Positions 20,003 to 28,516 of a stretch of 64,000 nucleotides of DNA are shown piece after piece; the stretch's first letter is position 1, and each line of letters starts with the position of its first letter. Under the pieces are notes generated by a model. The model had not been told where the DNA came from. It ran no database searches and saw only the letters and a list, made by a program, of their open reading frames with translations. The position numbers and the translations under genes were made by a program. The DNA is from Parcubacteria group bacterium (GTDB taxonomy: Bacteria; Patescibacteriota; Minisyncoccia; Phycocordibacterales; Zambryskibacteraceae). Where the stretch lies: positions 33,951 to 97,950 of the forward strand of contig JAQBRH010000004.1 of the NCBI GenBank assembly GCA_028286565.1, read 5' to 3'.

Positions 20003-20400
20003 TATAGTGTGTTACCCGAGAAAGAGGACGGTTCGGCCGTCCGGCAGTTCTTGTAGTCCTGATCCATAGAATTATCGCGCATGATGATCGCCTCATTGCC
20101 CTTGTTCCAAAAGACAAGCGACTCGTCCGCATTCGCATAGCGCGCCCCGGAAGCGGAGATCGCTTGGGGAAGATAGAGAGTTTTCTGTCCGCCGAATTCC
20201 AGATGGACCGAGCGCGGATAAAACTCCGCAAAGATCTCCCGGCTGTCGCATGTAAACGTCGCGGTGGAGAGAGGAGTACCCAGGATAAACACCGTTTGGA
20301 ACTTTCGGCCGAGCTGAAATCCTACGAGCAATACGGCCACAAAAAGGATAATGGCCATGGCCTGAGAGAGCGGAGTTACCCTGTTCCAGACGATCTTCAT
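20002..20400 (-). CDS. MliC-family (membrane-bound lysozyme inhibitor of C-type lysozyme)-like protein
   Basis: LPQAISASGARY and FWNKGNEAI motifs typical of the MliC family. N-terminal anchor. Start codon overlaps the PMM stop. Confidence 0.55.
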   Translation of the reverse strand: MKIVWNRVTPLSQAMAIILFVAVLLVGFQLGRKFQTVFILGTPLSTATFTCDSREIFAEFYPRSVHLEFGGQKTLYLPQAISASGARYANADESLVFWNKGNEAIIMRDNSMDQDYKNCRTAEPSSFSGNTL

Positions 20401-20402
20401 AC

Positions 20403-20657
20403 CTATAGAATATCACGAGTTCCCCCGACGAATTCGAGCTTCTGGCCCCGGGTCCATCCCTTGATCTCCGCCTCGCGCTTGGAGGCTGAGCTTCTGTTCG
20501 GGTGTTTTTCGGTGTAGAGCAATTTCTTCACTCCTTTCGATCTCGTATAATGGCCGCCCTTCCCGCCTCGGTGTTCCTTGACCCTTCTTTCCACATCGGT
20601 CGTGATGCCCGTGTACAGCGTCCCGTTTTTACATTCTAAAATATAGACAACATACAT
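20403..20657 (-). CDS. GIY-YIG nuclease family protein (UPF0213-like)
   Basis: MYVVYILECKNGTLYTGITTDVERRVKEH...GWTRGQK; start re-placed at ATG 20657. Its 3' end contains the promoter-half of the array repeat. Confidence 0.7.
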   Translation of the reverse strand: MYVVYILECKNGTLYTGITTDVERRVKEHRGGKGGHYTRSKGVKKLLYTEKHPNRSSASKREAEIKGWTRGQKLEFVGGTRDIL

Positions 20658-20697
20658 GTGCTTTTTTGCAACATGACGCAGGACTCGCATAATCTTG

Positions 20698-20970
20698 TTA
20701 GATAGCCGCCCCGTCGCCCAGATTCATATCCTGTTTATAGCGCTCAATGACTTCAGGATGGTTGCCTTCCTTGCAGTCAGCTACAAACATATCCGCGCTG
20801 GCCGCGTCAGGAAAGCTCATATAGGCCAAGGCGCTCTTGCACACGACATCGATGTTCAACTTCCCCGAGGTGTAGGTTGTGGCCGGAGTGGCTGAAGGAT
20901 TGTTTGCAAAATGGAAATATCCGCCTACTAGGACCGCCCCTACGATGACTGCGAGTAATATGTCTTTCAT
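20698..20970 (-). CDS. Hypothetical small exported protein
   Basis: N-terminal hydrophobic segment, 90 aa, no homology recognised. Confidence 0.45.
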   Translation of the reverse strand: MKDILLAVIVGAVLVGGYFHFANNPSATPATTYTSGKLNIDVVCKSALAYMSFPDAASADMFVADCKEGNHPEVIERYKQDMNLGDGAAI

Positions 20971-20995
20971 ACGGATAATTATAGCATTGTATGGA

Positions 20996-21253
20996 TTAGC
21001 CGGTAGCCAGCAAGATCCAGAGGCAGGCGAAGGCCGCCACGACTAGAATGCCCGCCGCAATCCGATAATTGGGCCTTGCGATCCTAGCGGTTACGAATGT
21101 GTAGGTAAGCCCGAGGAGGACAAAGAACACCCAGGCGAAGATAAAATCTCCCGGACCCCAATTCCATCCGCTCACGTACATGTTCCCAAAAAACGGGATC
21201 AGTAAAGCAGCCGTTGCCCAACGTACGATATTGATAATAGTTCTCTTCTGCAT
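20996..21253 (-). CDS. Hypothetical small membrane protein
   Basis: Three hydrophobic helices. Preceded by repeat R1 including the extended -10 module. Confidence 0.45.
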   Translation of the reverse strand: MQKRTIINIVRWATAALLIPFFGNMYVSGWNWGPGDFIFAWVFFVLLGLTYTFVTARIARPNYRIAAGILVVAAFACLWILLATG

Positions 21254-21260
21254 ATGTTTA

Positions 21261-21304
21261 GGATATCACGAGCCGGTCCAGTGGGCGACGTTGGAACTTT
21301 TATT
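21261..21304. repeat. Array repeat R1 (promoter-half plus conserved core)
   Basis: ggatatcacgagccggtccagtgggcgacgttggaacttttatt. Confidence 0.8.
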
Positions 21305-21342
21305 AAAATAGCCGGCCCTTGAGAGGTCGGCTTCTACAAATA

Positions 21343-21603
21343 CTAGGTACGAGTAGCAAGATTCGTGAGCGCACTGTCGACTCGCTCGAAGAAGCCGGTG
21401 TCTGACTTGCCGGCCAACCTTCGGAGGTCGGCATTCCTTTCGGCGATCGCATGAGCAGCCTCTGCCGGCATCTGGCTTTCCATCAGGATGGCCAGCATGC
21501 CCATCACTTCCCATTTAGTCGTGTATTCGGATTCGACCAGTTGCATATGAGCCTTGTACAAACGCTCTCCGACAACTTCATGAAAAGGACGGGCGCCGAC
21601 CAT
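21343..21603 (-). CDS. Hypothetical protein
   Basis: Start re-placed at ATG 21603 (RBS GAGGTG 5 nt upstream). The listed ORF uses an upstream TTG. Confidence 0.4.
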   Translation of the reverse strand: MVGARPFHEVVGERLYKAHMQLVESEYTTKWEVMGMLAILMESQMPAEAAHAIAERNADLRRLAGKSDTGFFERVDSALTNLATRT

Positions 21604-21680
21604 GATCCACCTCGGTAGTTTGTGAGCGTTCAATTCCTCTGATCAACAGAGTATCATAAATTTATGATAAGTCAATCTTA

Positions 21681-21709
21681 TTGGGTTCTATGGGGCGACG
21701 TTAAACCCT
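21681..21709. repeat. Array repeat R2 (degenerate copy)
   Basis: ttgggttctatggggcgacgttaaaccct aligns to the CTGGCCCTGTGGnACGAAGTTGGAACC core. Confidence 0.5.
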
Positions 21710-21965
21710 AGCTCAAACCAAAGTAGAAAGCGGAAGCTACTACGATCTGAGAGAAGATCGCCAACAACAGTTTCTGAAGGCCCTTCTGTGAAGGGCCGAA
21801 TACATATACCCCAAAAGATACGGCATACAGGATCATGGCCATCACTACAACTATGAGCAAATTCGGACCCTCAGGATCATTGAAGAGCGAGAACATCGTC
21901 CTAGAACATGCAAGGGATGTTATGCCCAGGATGAGCAGCGAGGTCTTTTTTGAATTGAAATTCAT
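21708..21965 (-). CDS. Hypothetical small membrane protein
   Basis: 85 aa, three hydrophobic helices. Confidence 0.4.
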   Translation of the reverse strand: MNFNSKKTSLLILGITSLACSRTMFSLFNDPEGPNLLIVVVMAMILYAVSFGVYVFGPSQKGLQKLLLAIFSQIVVASAFYFGLS

Positions 21966-21979
21966 ATGTGTAAGTATAC

Positions 21980-22025
21980 TAGAAGATCACCGGCTACCCT
22001 GTGGCTCGTACTGAAATTGGCCTTA
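21980..22025. repeat. Array repeat R3 (degenerate copy)
   Basis: agaagatcaccggctaccctgtggctcgtactgaaattggccttat. Confidence 0.5.
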
Positions 22026-22062
22026 TTTGTATATTGCCCTGAAGCGCAGTAAAATTGTGCAC

Positions 22063-22536
22063 ATGATACCAAAAAATACAATTTGTCTCTGGTTCGATAA
22101 GGATGCGGAGGAAGCGGCGAACTTTTATGCCGCCACCTTCCCCGACAGTAAAGTCACGGCGGTTTTTCATGCGCCCGGCGATTTTCCCGGCGGCAAGAAA
22201 GGTGATGTGCTTACGGTAGAATTTACCGTCTGCGGAATCCCGTGCATCGGGCTGAACGGCGGTCCCGTGTTCAAGCAAAGCGAGGCATTCTCCTTCCAGA
22301 TCGCCACGGATGACCAGGAAGAAACTGATCGCTATTGGAATACGATCGTTCAAAACGGCGGACAAGAGAGTGATTGCGGATGGTGCAAGGATCGCTGGGG
22401 AGTATCATGGCAGATCACGCCGCGTACGCTGATCGAGGCCTTCGCCGTCGGAGGGACAGAAGCAGAGCGCGCTTTTGGCGCGATGATGACAATGAAAAAA
22501 ATCGACGTCGCCGCTATCGACGCAGCCCGGGGTTAA
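22063..22536 (+). CDS. VOC-family protein (PhnB/3-demethylubiquinone methyltransferase-like glyoxalase fold)
   Basis: ICLWFDKDAEEAANFYAATFPDS...GIPCIGLNGGP motif pattern. Start re-placed at ATG 22063. Confidence 0.7.
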   Translation: MIPKNTICLWFDKDAEEAANFYAATFPDSKVTAVFHAPGDFPGGKKGDVLTVEFTVCGIPCIGLNGGPVFKQSEAFSFQIATDDQEETDRYWNTIVQNGGQESDCGWCKDRWGVSWQITPRTLIEAFAVGGTEAERAFGAMMTMKKIDVAAIDAARG

Positions 22537-22545
22537 AATTGGTTG

Positions 22546-22575
22546 CTGGCCCTGTGGGCAAAGTTGGAACTTATG
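22546..22575. repeat. Array repeat R4 (core only, no promoter-half)
   Basis: gctggccctgtgggcaaagttggaacttat; overlaps the DoxX stop codon and faces a convergent gene. Confidence 0.8.
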
Positions 22576-23014
22576 TAGTCCTCAGTCCTAGTTCCCCTCT
22601 TCTGCTTTGTAGCGCCAATATAGCCAGAACCAGAGCATAGACAATATGCTCATCAATTAGAGGATTATTGGCTGGAGGAAACAATGACAGCCACATCAAA
22701 AGCATCATCACGATCCCCGCAACCGCGCCCCACATCACACATCTATTTACCAAGAGAGTTACGCCGACAAACAAAAGACCGAGCATGAACAGCCAATCAA
22801 TGGCCGGCACGCCAGACAGGCTCTTAAACAATGGCACCAAAGGTCCGTGCGTACCAAAGCTTAAAAATCCAGATGTCGGAGAACCTCCTCTTATCCATGC
22901 ATTTTCGCTCTTTGTAGAAAAGCCTAATCCGAACACCTTATCGATAAAAGCCCACAAGAAGATGAATGACATCACAAAACGAAGCTTAAGAAATGCGATT
23001 TTTGATATGTTCAT
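22571..23014 (-). CDS. DoxX-family membrane protein
   Basis: Four TM helices with DoxX-like spacing. Confidence 0.6.
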   Translation of the reverse strand: MNISKIAFLKLRFVMSFIFLWAFIDKVFGLGFSTKSENAWIRGGSPTSGFLSFGTHGPLVPLFKSLSGVPAIDWLFMLGLLFVGVTLLVNRCVMWGAVAGIVMMLLMWLSLFPPANNPLIDEHIVYALVLAILALQSRRGELGLRTT

Positions 23015-23086
23015 TTATACAGTCTACGCCTTTTATCCATTTTTCTATATACTTCACCTAGGCTAGTACATTCACTGGAGGTATGT

Positions 23087-23677
23087 ATGACTGCACAAAT
23101 AAGCCTTACCCAACACGACGCTTCCAAGCTGCCACGCCTGGCTGCCGACCTATGGAGGATCGCGAACGGATATGGCTTTCATCCAGCCAAGGATGGGCGC
23201 TTCGAGAACGAAGCGGCAAGGGCTGACTTTGCCCACCGCCTTGATGATTTTATCTCTCATCATCTGGTACTTAAGCCGGAAGCTCCCTGCACATCTCGCA
23301 CTCTCCGCCATTTCATGGAGATGGAACGCAGACCGGTTCAGAGAAAAGAAGCCCTCGAACTGAAGAAGATAAACGAGCTCACCCTTGCCTGGGCGGCCTG
23401 CCTTCTCCTCAAGGGCTACCGGGGGCTCACCCGAGGGGAAGCGTTGAATACTCTGAAAGTCCTGGCAATTCAACTCCTTGAGAAGTTCGGATATCCGCTC
23501 CAACCCTATCGGGCGATGTTCTGTCCGATCCTAAACGCTTGGGAGAACGAAAAGGATTGGGCGGTGATACTTTCGAACGATACGGGGGTGATACAAGAAA
23601 CGCCTTGTTCATCGACCTTGGTCGTCCTACCTGACGTATGCAAGCAGTGCGTCGAAGAACATACGACCGTTCGATAG
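23087..23677 (+). CDS. Hypothetical protein
   Basis: 196 aa, RBS GGAGG upstream. Opposite orientation to neighbouring array genes. Confidence 0.5.
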   Translation: MTAQISLTQHDASKLPRLAADLWRIANGYGFHPAKDGRFENEAARADFAHRLDDFISHHLVLKPEAPCTSRTLRHFMEMERRPVQRKEALELKKINELTLAWAACLLLKGYRGLTRGEALNTLKVLAIQLLEKFGYPLQPYRAMFCPILNAWENEKDWAVILSNDTGVIQETPCSSTLVVLPDVCKQCVEEHTTVR

Positions 23678-23701
23678 CTCGACGGTCTTTTTATCTATTT
23701 T

Positions 23702-23736
23702 TACGAGCCGGCCCTGTGGTACGAAGTTGGAACTGC
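23702..23736. repeat. Array repeat R5
   Basis: tacgagccggccctgtggtacgaagttggaactgct; abuts the stop of 23736..24137. Confidence 0.8.
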
Positions 23737-24137
23737 TATACCTTAGGCATTTCAGCTATAAATGCAAACAATTCCCAAATATGACCATTAATATCGCGAA
23801 ATGCTTTTCCATACATAAAAGCTTCAGATTCGGGACTATCCTTTGTTACGTCTACAGCACCGGACGTAGTAGCTTTTTCAAAGAAAGCATCTACTTCACT
23901 CTTTGAATCAAACTGTAATGCAATGGTCAGGTTATTATTGATTGCTTCCGGATTACCTCCGACAAAAGTTGCAAATCGCTTGTCCTCCAACAACATAACA
24001 AAAGTATTTTCGTTGATCTTTGCATTAGTGGTATCTTCACTGCTGAATTGTTCATTCTTCACCATTCCTAGCGATGCAAAGAATGTATCAGTGTCAGCAA
24101 CATTTCTAATCGGCAAGTTAATGTATGTATTTTTCAT
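23736..24137 (-). CDS. VOC/glyoxalase-bleomycin-resistance family protein
   Basis: INLPIRNV...FFASLGM and ...HIWELF VOC-type beta-alpha-beta-beta-beta modules. AT-rich coding sequence. Confidence 0.6.
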   Translation of the reverse strand: MKNTYINLPIRNVADTDTFFASLGMVKNEQFSSEDTTNAKINENTFVMLLEDKRFATFVGGNPEAINNNLTIALQFDSKSEVDAFFEKATTSGAVDVTKDSPESEAFMYGKAFRDINGHIWELFAFIAEMPKV

Positions 24138-24163
24138 ATATAAAAGTATATCAAGAAAACCTC

Positions 24164-24197
24164 CAGCTGGTCCTGTGGGACGAAGGTGGAACCATTC
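24164..24197. repeat. Array repeat R6
   Basis: ccagctggtcctgtgggacgaaggtggaaccatt. Confidence 0.8.
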
Positions 24198-24209
24198 TAG
24201 GGCAGGTCC

Positions 24210-24572
24210 CTATTCCTCAGGTTCATCATTGATACCCAGCTTTGATTGAATAGCTTGTCGTATCCACCACGTCGCATAGGTTGAGAATTTATAATCAGCT
24301 TTATAATCATATTTTTCCACGGCTTTAAAAAGGCCCAGGTTACCATTTTGAATAAGATCCAATTGAGAAACATTCTGCTCGTTGTCTTTGTATGCTTCCG
24401 CAATCTTCGCTACTAATCGCAAATTCCCCTTGGCTAAAAGATTCTTTGCTTCATCATCATTATTTTCCTTAATTCTTTTAGCCAGCTTTTTCTCTTCTTC
24501 ACCGGAAATAAGTAGATATGCTGATATCTCATTAAGGTAATCTTCTAATTTTTCCTGTTCAGTTTTTTCCAT
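24210..24572 (-). CDS. Truncated sigma-70-like protein (regions 1.2-2.4 only; possible fragment or decoy)
   Basis: NLRLVAKIAEAY...LDLIQNGNLGLFKAVEKYDYKADYKFSTYATWWIRQAIQ matches RpoD region 2. Only 120 aa; lacks regions 3-4. Confidence 0.6.
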   Translation of the reverse strand: MEKTEQEKLEDYLNEISAYLLISGEEEKKLAKRIKENNDDEAKNLLAKGNLRLVAKIAEAYKDNEQNVSQLDLIQNGNLGLFKAVEKYDYKADYKFSTYATWWIRQAIQSKLGINDEPEE

Positions 24573-24623
24573 GATATGTATCTAAACGTTTATTCACTAG
24601 GATGCTTTCCCTTTAAAATCATA

Positions 24624-24660
24624 AGAGCCAGCCATGTGGGACGATGTTGGAACCTTTTTT
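24624..24660. repeat. Array repeat R7
   Basis: agagccagccatgtgggacgatgttggaacctttttt. Confidence 0.8.
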
Positions 24661-24662
24661 AA

Positions 24663-25193
24663 CTATTCCTGAGGAAAACCATACTTCTCACGTATTTCCC
24701 TAGTGTATTGCTCTATTGGTTCTAATCCAATCTCTGCCCTTCTTTCGTCAACGTGTTTTTCATCTTCTATAGGCTCAGGTCTGAAGTTTCCATCCCTATC
24801 TCTAAATTGAGTTCCGTAAACCTGTAAACCATGCTCACTTACTCGTATTCGATCTTCTAAGTACGCAACATGTTTTCTATCTACCTCCTCGGGCGATTCT
24901 GCTTTCATAAGTTCAAGACACTTTTTTTGAAAATCTTTATCGTGATCTGCGTGTTGAATTAATAGCCATGCATTACGAACACCTATTGCTCCAACTTTAG
25001 ATGTAGTGGGCCATCCGATTTCAACAACAATTTCCTTTAATCTTTCTGTATTTCTTTTATCAATTTCGTTATCCCAATACTCATCATCTACAAGATTCTT
25101 TTCTCGCATATCTTGGTCTACCTTAACCATTGTTTCTAATTCAGAAGCGATCTCTGGATTAAGCATGACTTTAGGAGTTTCTTCATTATTCAT
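24663..25193 (-). CDS. Hypothetical protein
   Basis: 176 aa, acidic. GWPT...NAWLLIQHADHD motif. No family assigned. Confidence 0.5.
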   Translation of the reverse strand: MNNEETPKVMLNPEIASELETMVKVDQDMREKNLVDDEYWDNEIDKRNTERLKEIVVEIGWPTTSKVGAIGVRNAWLLIQHADHDKDFQKKCLELMKAESPEEVDRKHVAYLEDRIRVSEHGLQVYGTQFRDRDGNFRPEPIEDEKHVDERRAEIGLEPIEQYTREIREKYGFPQE

Positions 25194-25200
25194 ATACCTA

Positions 25201-25246
25201 GAATATCACGAGCTGGGCCCTGGGGTACGAAGCTGGAACCTATTTT
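25201..25246. repeat. Array repeat R8 (promoter-half plus core)
   Basis: gaatatcacgagctgggccctggggtacgaagctggaacctatttt. Confidence 0.85.
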
Positions 25247-25827
25247 ACAGCTATAAAGTGAAAAACATGCCAGTGCTTCGTCTCTCCCGCAGCAGTTTTG
25301 CCATCTTTTTCTTCTTCACTGAACTCCGCAATCTTTAGTCCCTGCAGCAATGACTCCGCCTCTTCTTTAGTCTGAAATGTCATATCTCTACCTTCTACAT
25401 TCCACTCATCTCTATCTCCGAAGAATTGTCCGACAAATACACCGCCTGGTTTTAACGACTTAATAATTGATTGAATAACATCATTAAATTTTCCTTTAGA
25501 AGTAAACGGTAAAGAATACTGAGCGTTAATCAGATCATACGCACCTTCTACAAAATCAAAATCTTCAAAAGAACTTATTTCGTATGTGACTTTTTCGGCG
25601 GGAAGTTGCTCGAGCACTTCTCCAGAGACTGGGTTCTTATCGACAGCTGTAACATGCTCAAATCCTACAGACAAAAGATACCTCGTATCATTAAGTGCCC
25701 CTGATCCAAGATCCAATGCTTCATGTTTGTCTTGAACTAATTCGACAGCGTTAACCAAAGAAGGTCTTGGTGGCGTTTCTTTAGTTTGTTCGTAGTATTG
25801 CTCCCAGTTATGTTCACTCATGGGCAT
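25240..25827 (-). CDS. Class I SAM-dependent methyltransferase (TehB-like)
   Basis: LDLGSGALNDTRYLL motif I, VTAVDKNP, LKPGGVF. Confidence 0.7.
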   Translation of the reverse strand: MPMSEHNWEQYYEQTKETPPRPSLVNAVELVQDKHEALDLGSGALNDTRYLLSVGFEHVTAVDKNPVSGEVLEQLPAEKVTYEISSFEDFDFVEGAYDLINAQYSLPFTSKGKFNDVIQSIIKSLKPGGVFVGQFFGDRDEWNVEGRDMTFQTKEEAESLLQGLKIAEFSEEEKDGKTAAGETKHWHVFHFIAVK

Positions 25828-25837
25828 ATGATATCAG

Positions 25838-25878
25838 AATTTCGCTAGCTGGCCCTGGGATGAGGTTGGAACCTTTAT
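25838..25878. repeat. Array repeat R9
   Basis: gaatttcgctagctggccctgggatgaggttggaacctttat. Confidence 0.8.
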
Positions 25879-26399
25879 ACCGTAACAATCTTCAGATCTG
25901 CCGTATCAATTGTGCCTTTATAGAGAATATGAGGAACCAGATGGAATCCCATGGGGATCATGCCTGCTTCAATAGTTTCCTTATAGTATTCAGTGGTTGC
26001 CTCCGGTAGATAGGCATATTTCTCGACTTCATTCGGATCATAGGCCAGATAATCATCTTCTGGAGGAGGAGTCCCCTTTTCGCGTGGGGAGTTTAAATAC
26101 ACCACAGTCTTTTCTAGCTCTAGCTTTTCTGCAGGGATCTCAACATAACTTAAGGCGAAACCTTTTCCCAACTTCCGCATTTCCCTATCAACAATGCTCG
26201 GATTCAATGCACTCAGATGAAGTACGTCGTTCCACAAACAACCCAGCCTCTTTATTCTTCTTTGCAACAAAATTTCACGGCCTTCGTACTTCTTTACATG
26301 TGCCTGATACGCATCGGGGAAAATGTTTTTAAGCGTATTCAAGGGATATAGTACGGTTCCCTGCATTCCTTTGGGAACTATATGATAGACGAATGCCAT
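25875..26399 (-). CDS. Hypothetical protein
   Basis: 174 aa. No repeat between it and the downstream isochorismatase gene, suggesting a two-gene unit. Confidence 0.5.
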   Translation of the reverse strand: MAFVYHIVPKGMQGTVLYPLNTLKNIFPDAYQAHVKKYEGREILLQRRIKRLGCLWNDVLHLSALNPSIVDREMRKLGKGFALSYVEIPAEKLELEKTVVYLNSPREKGTPPPEDDYLAYDPNEVEKYAYLPEATTEYYKETIEAGMIPMGFHLVPHILYKGTIDTADLKIVTV

Positions 26400-26429
26400 A
26401 TGGGAGTAGTGTAACAGAAATTCGTTTAA

Positions 26430-26936
26430 TCAAAACTTGATCAAGAGATCCGCTGTATTTTCATAAAAAGACGTATGGGCCTTAAACCAGGTCTTATTTT
26501 TACGAGACAACCTTCCCTCCTTGTTGCTTACACTAGCTATAAGACTCTCTGCCGTTGAAACTTTATAGCCTCTTTTCATTGCTCCTATTGCTGTATCCTG
26601 AACGCATGCATTGGCATTAACTCCAATAATAATGAGGTTCTTTATCTTTAGGCTACGAAGAATTTTATCCAGATGGGTTTTTGTGAATCCACTATTGCTC
26701 TCCTTAATGATTATTTCTTCCGCGACTTTGCGAATTAATTTTTCTAATATAGGAGTTGTTCTTCCTCTGTCTTTGCCTCCAGCTTTATACTCAAAAACAA
26801 CCACCGGAATATTTTCTTTTATGCATCTACGAAGGATCTTACCTTGCTCTGCAATTAATTTTTCCTTAATATGAGCAGGAAAATTCTTTAGGAAAAAATC
26901 CTGCATATCCATCACAACGACTGCGGCATTCTTCAT
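26430..26936 (-). CDS. Isochorismatase-family cysteine hydrolase
   Basis: VVVMDMQ, conserved Lys, and the GVNANACV catalytic Cys motif. Confidence 0.7.
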   Translation of the reverse strand: MKNAAVVVMDMQDFFLKNFPAHIKEKLIAEQGKILRRCIKENIPVVVFEYKAGGKDRGRTTPILEKLIRKVAEEIIIKESNSGFTKTHLDKILRSLKIKNLIIIGVNANACVQDTAIGAMKRGYKVSTAESLIASVSNKEGRLSRKNKTWFKAHTSFYENTADLLIKF

Positions 26937-26960
26937 ATTTTAAGTATACCAGCACAAGTT

Positions 26961-27000
26961 TCGCTAGCTGGCCCTGTAGTACGATGTTGGAACCTTTGTA
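26961..27000. repeat. Array repeat R10
   Basis: tcgctagctggccctgtagtacgatgttggaacctttgta; followed (minus strand) by TGGTATACT extended -10 and a leaderless ATG. Confidence 0.8.
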
Positions 27001-27042
27001 GAAAAAGAAAAAGACCGCCTGTAAGCGATCTGCTAGTCAGAA

Positions 27043-27450
27043 TCACAGTCCTCCAAAAACATGGAGACTGTCCTTTCCCGAAGAACCTCTTGGATAGTAT
27101 TCCAGCGTGAACTCCACTGAATCTGGCATGCCTTCTGGAAGATGAGCGATCTGGTTTCCACGATACGGGATACCCCGAAAGAAGATGTTTATGAGCGATG
27201 TCAAAGCGTCAGCGATCTCTTCTTTTGAAAATTGGAAACGCTCTGAGTCAGAGATTTCACGCGGATCAGTTCCCCTCTTTGTTTCCTTCCCTATTACCTC
27301 CGCACTTATTTCAACTTCGAGGATTTCGGGTGGTACAAAGGAAGACCGAGCGATCCTGTAAGGAAAAAATACATGCCCAGTTCTCCTTGCGATGAATTCA
27401 GCAATCGCATCACCGAATTGCTGGGCAGCAATTCTTTCGTAATCAGGCAT
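27043..27450 (-). CDS. Hypothetical protein
   Basis: Start re-placed at ATG 27450 (MPDYERIAAQQ). The listed ORF starts at a TTG. Confidence 0.45.
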   Translation of the reverse strand: MPDYERIAAQQFGDAIAEFIARRTGHVFFPYRIARSSFVPPEILEVEISAEVIGKETKRGTDPREISDSERFQFSKEEIADALTSLINIFFRGIPYRGNQIAHLPEGMPDSVEFTLEYYPRGSSGKDSLHVFGGL

Positions 27451-27527
27451 AACACCTTCCAAGGCAAGATGTGGTCTGTGGTAGAACTTATCTGGTAATT
27501 AAAATACTACTTATTACAGTAAAGTCA

Positions 27528-27562
27528 AGTTGCTGGCCCTGTGGCACGAAGTTGGAACTTAT
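27528..27562. repeat. Array repeat R11
   Basis: agttgctggccctgtggcacgaagttggaacttat; followed (minus strand) by TTGACT-N16-TATTTT promoter-like sequence. Confidence 0.8.
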
Positions 27563-27565
27563 ATA

Positions 27566-27590
27566 AAAACCCAGGATTACCTGGGCGTTG
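27566..27590 (-). terminator. Rho-independent terminator at the 3' end of 27577..27792
   Basis: CCCAGG-ATTA-CCTGGG hairpin followed on the minus strand by TTTTTAT; overlaps the stop codon. Confidence 0.5.
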
Positions 27591-27792
27591 TAGAAGGCGC
27601 TTTGTAATTCGGCTGCGCCTCTGGTAGATCAAGCAGTGTTCTAGCCACAAGGGCACACACAAGAGCACAGAGAACAAATGTAACTCTCGTACTCTTTTGC
27701 TTGAATGTTACTCCCTTCATGAAAAGCAGGAGGGCGAGGAGGCCAAGGATCAAAGAAGCGGCAAGCGGGTGTGCAAACATGTGTTTCTCCAA
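27577..27792 (-). CDS. Hypothetical small membrane protein
   Basis: 71 aa, two hydrophobic helices, RBS GGAGA upstream. Confidence 0.4.
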   Translation of the reverse strand: MEKHMFAHPLAASLILGLLALLLFMKGVTFKQKSTRVTFVLCALVCALVARTLLDLPEAQPNYKAPSTTPR

Positions 27793-27864
27793 AAGATGTG
27801 AAGATTCTACTGCCAGGGGTCGTTTCTGAATATAAATTACAACTAAAAAAGTCTTAAGTCAAAT

Positions 27865-27900
27865 CTGCTGGCCCTGTGGTACGAAGTTGGAACTTTTTAA
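27865..27900. repeat. Array repeat R12
   Basis: ctgctggccctgtggtacgaagttggaactttttaa; followed (minus strand) by TTGACT-N17-TAATTT. Confidence 0.8.
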
Positions 27901-28382
27901 AGCTTCCCTCTTAATTCCAAGGCTCTTTCCATTATCCTTTCGCCTCTCTTCCCCCAATCAAAGTATTGCTTATATTCCTTAGGATCAATAAGTTTTATTT
28001 CTTCTATCTCGTTATCTGGATCTTTCACAAAATCACCATAAGGTTCAACTATACAAACACTCCTTGTCTGCCTAATAATTCTCCCCGGCTCATAAACATC
28101 TTGGAAACCTATTAGCGATTGGCTGAGAACTCGCATATTAGTTTCTTCCCTTACCTCCCGGATCACTGCTTCTTCATATGTTTCTCCTGGCTCTATTCCT
28201 CCGCCTGGCGGCATCCAGCCACTTTTTGGGTGATGGACTACTACCATTTTATCTCCATAGAAACAGAAAGCATGAACCCCTTGGAGCAACTTCCCTTCCA
28301 TATCAAATAACGGGTCTGATTCTTTATATATAATTTCAACTTCCTGACCCAATCTGTTTACATGAATAGATTTAATTTCCAT
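27897..28382 (-). CDS. NUDIX hydrolase
   Basis: NUDIX box GGGIEPGETYEEAVIREVREETNM. Confidence 0.75.
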   Translation of the reverse strand: MEIKSIHVNRLGQEVEIIYKESDPLFDMEGKLLQGVHAFCFYGDKMVVVHHPKSGWMPPGGGIEPGETYEEAVIREVREETNMRVLSQSLIGFQDVYEPGRIIRQTRSVCIVEPYGDFVKDPDNEIEEIKLIDPKEYKQYFDWGKRGERIMERALELRGKL

Positions 28383-28390
28383 CAGTTAAG

Positions 28391-28435
28391 ACTACCACGA
28401 GCTCGCCCTGTGGTACGAAGTTGGAACCTTTTTAC
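28391..28435. repeat. Array repeat R13 (promoter-half plus core)
   Basis: actaccacgagctcgccctgtggtacgaagttggaacctttttac. Confidence 0.85.
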
Positions 28436-28516
28436 AACCTTCTATTATTGACAACATCTAGGACATGATTCATATTGAACCCAGAGTACAACCCAACAAC
28501 GAATAGGAGACAAGAC

